Origin: Candidatus Omnitrophica bacterium UBA6233
GTDB taxonomy: Bacteria; Omnitrophota; Gorgyraeia; Gygaellales; Profunditerraquicolaceae
Assembly: GCA_002440965.1 (NCBI GenBank)
Contig: DJWJ01000026.1
Coordinates: forward strand, 23,439 to 87,438
Length of the DNA: 64,000 bases
Reading direction: 5' to 3'
More notes on this DNA, generated by a model. That model made no database searches. It saw nothing but the letters and a program-made list of their open reading frames with translations, and had not been told where the DNA came from. Position 1 is the first letter of the stretch. The DNA is not shown here.

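Noticed and set aside
10102-63921. Possibility that the giant ORF is an artefact of an alternative genetic code
   Set aside because: Known codes that reassign stop codons make standard-code translation show extra stops, not fewer. A frame free of TAA, TAG and TGA for 53.9 kb is open under every known code. The flanking genes translate normally with the standard code and have SD-like sites.
63919-63921. Treating the track's ATG at 63921 as the true N-terminus of the giant protein
   Set aside because: The same frame translates without a stop through 63922-64000 (…KEYKFGTNPNHEITVVFIQRGEYGAL-MTPE…), so the start is probably outside the window. I list the feature as 5'-partial.
10102-64000. Possibility that the giant ORF is a chimeric mis-assembly of many genes
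   Set aside because: Random joins would not preserve a single frame without stops across more than 25 domain junctions. Uniform strand, uniform composition and the internal in-frame repeats argue for a genuine contiguous frame. Read-level validation is still needed.
1-64000. Search for rRNA, tRNA, CRISPR arrays, transposases, integrases and phage structural genes
   Set aside because: There are no cloverleaf-like or rRNA-like conserved stretches. There are no regularly spaced short direct repeats with unique spacers. No DDE, tyrosine-recombinase or phage motifs turned up in any frame I translated. The only repeats are the leader cassette family and the intragenic coding repeats described above.

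Overview
Every gene I can support in this 64 kb window is on the minus strand and they appear co-transcribed. About 84% of the window is a single open reading frame. It runs from its stop codon at 10102-10104 to the window edge with no stop codon. That is 17,939 aa counted from the first in-window ATG at 63921, and the frame is still open through 63922-64000, so the true N-terminus lies outside the window. The predicted product is a mosaic 'mega-protein'. At least 12 clusters of hydrophobic helices alternate with blocks of recognisable soluble domains. These include several small-molecule kinases, an HD domain, a LeuA-like DRE-TIM domain, a GH94-like domain, a GH13 alpha-amylase, a vWA plus AAA+ pair, NHL and HEAT repeats, a FabD-like acyltransferase, a GGDEF domain with an intact I-site, an ABC-type ATPase, a patatin lipase, a radical-SAM core, two complete RpoD-like sigma-70 domains, and a C-terminal clan GH-A glycosidase. 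It also carries several families of internal repeats. Downstream, on the same strand, are a PilZ c-di-GMP receptor gene and a carbohydrate ABC importer (substrate-binding protein plus two permeases). After those come two secreted glycosidases that are paralogous to the C-terminus of the giant protein, a tandem CBM-like secreted protein, and a TPR-like protein that runs off the window start. A repeated cassette containing TGACAAATGACAAAA occurs three times; two copies encode a conserved signal peptide. I found no rRNA, tRNA or CRISPR array, and no transposase, integrase or phage genes. The architecture matches the 'giant genes' reported from ultra-small predatory Omnitrophota-like bacteria, but I cannot verify taxonomy from sequence alone. 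Sub-feature coordinates inside the giant ORF come from manual residue counting, spot-checked against the DNA at ten motifs, and should be read as +/- about 60 nt.
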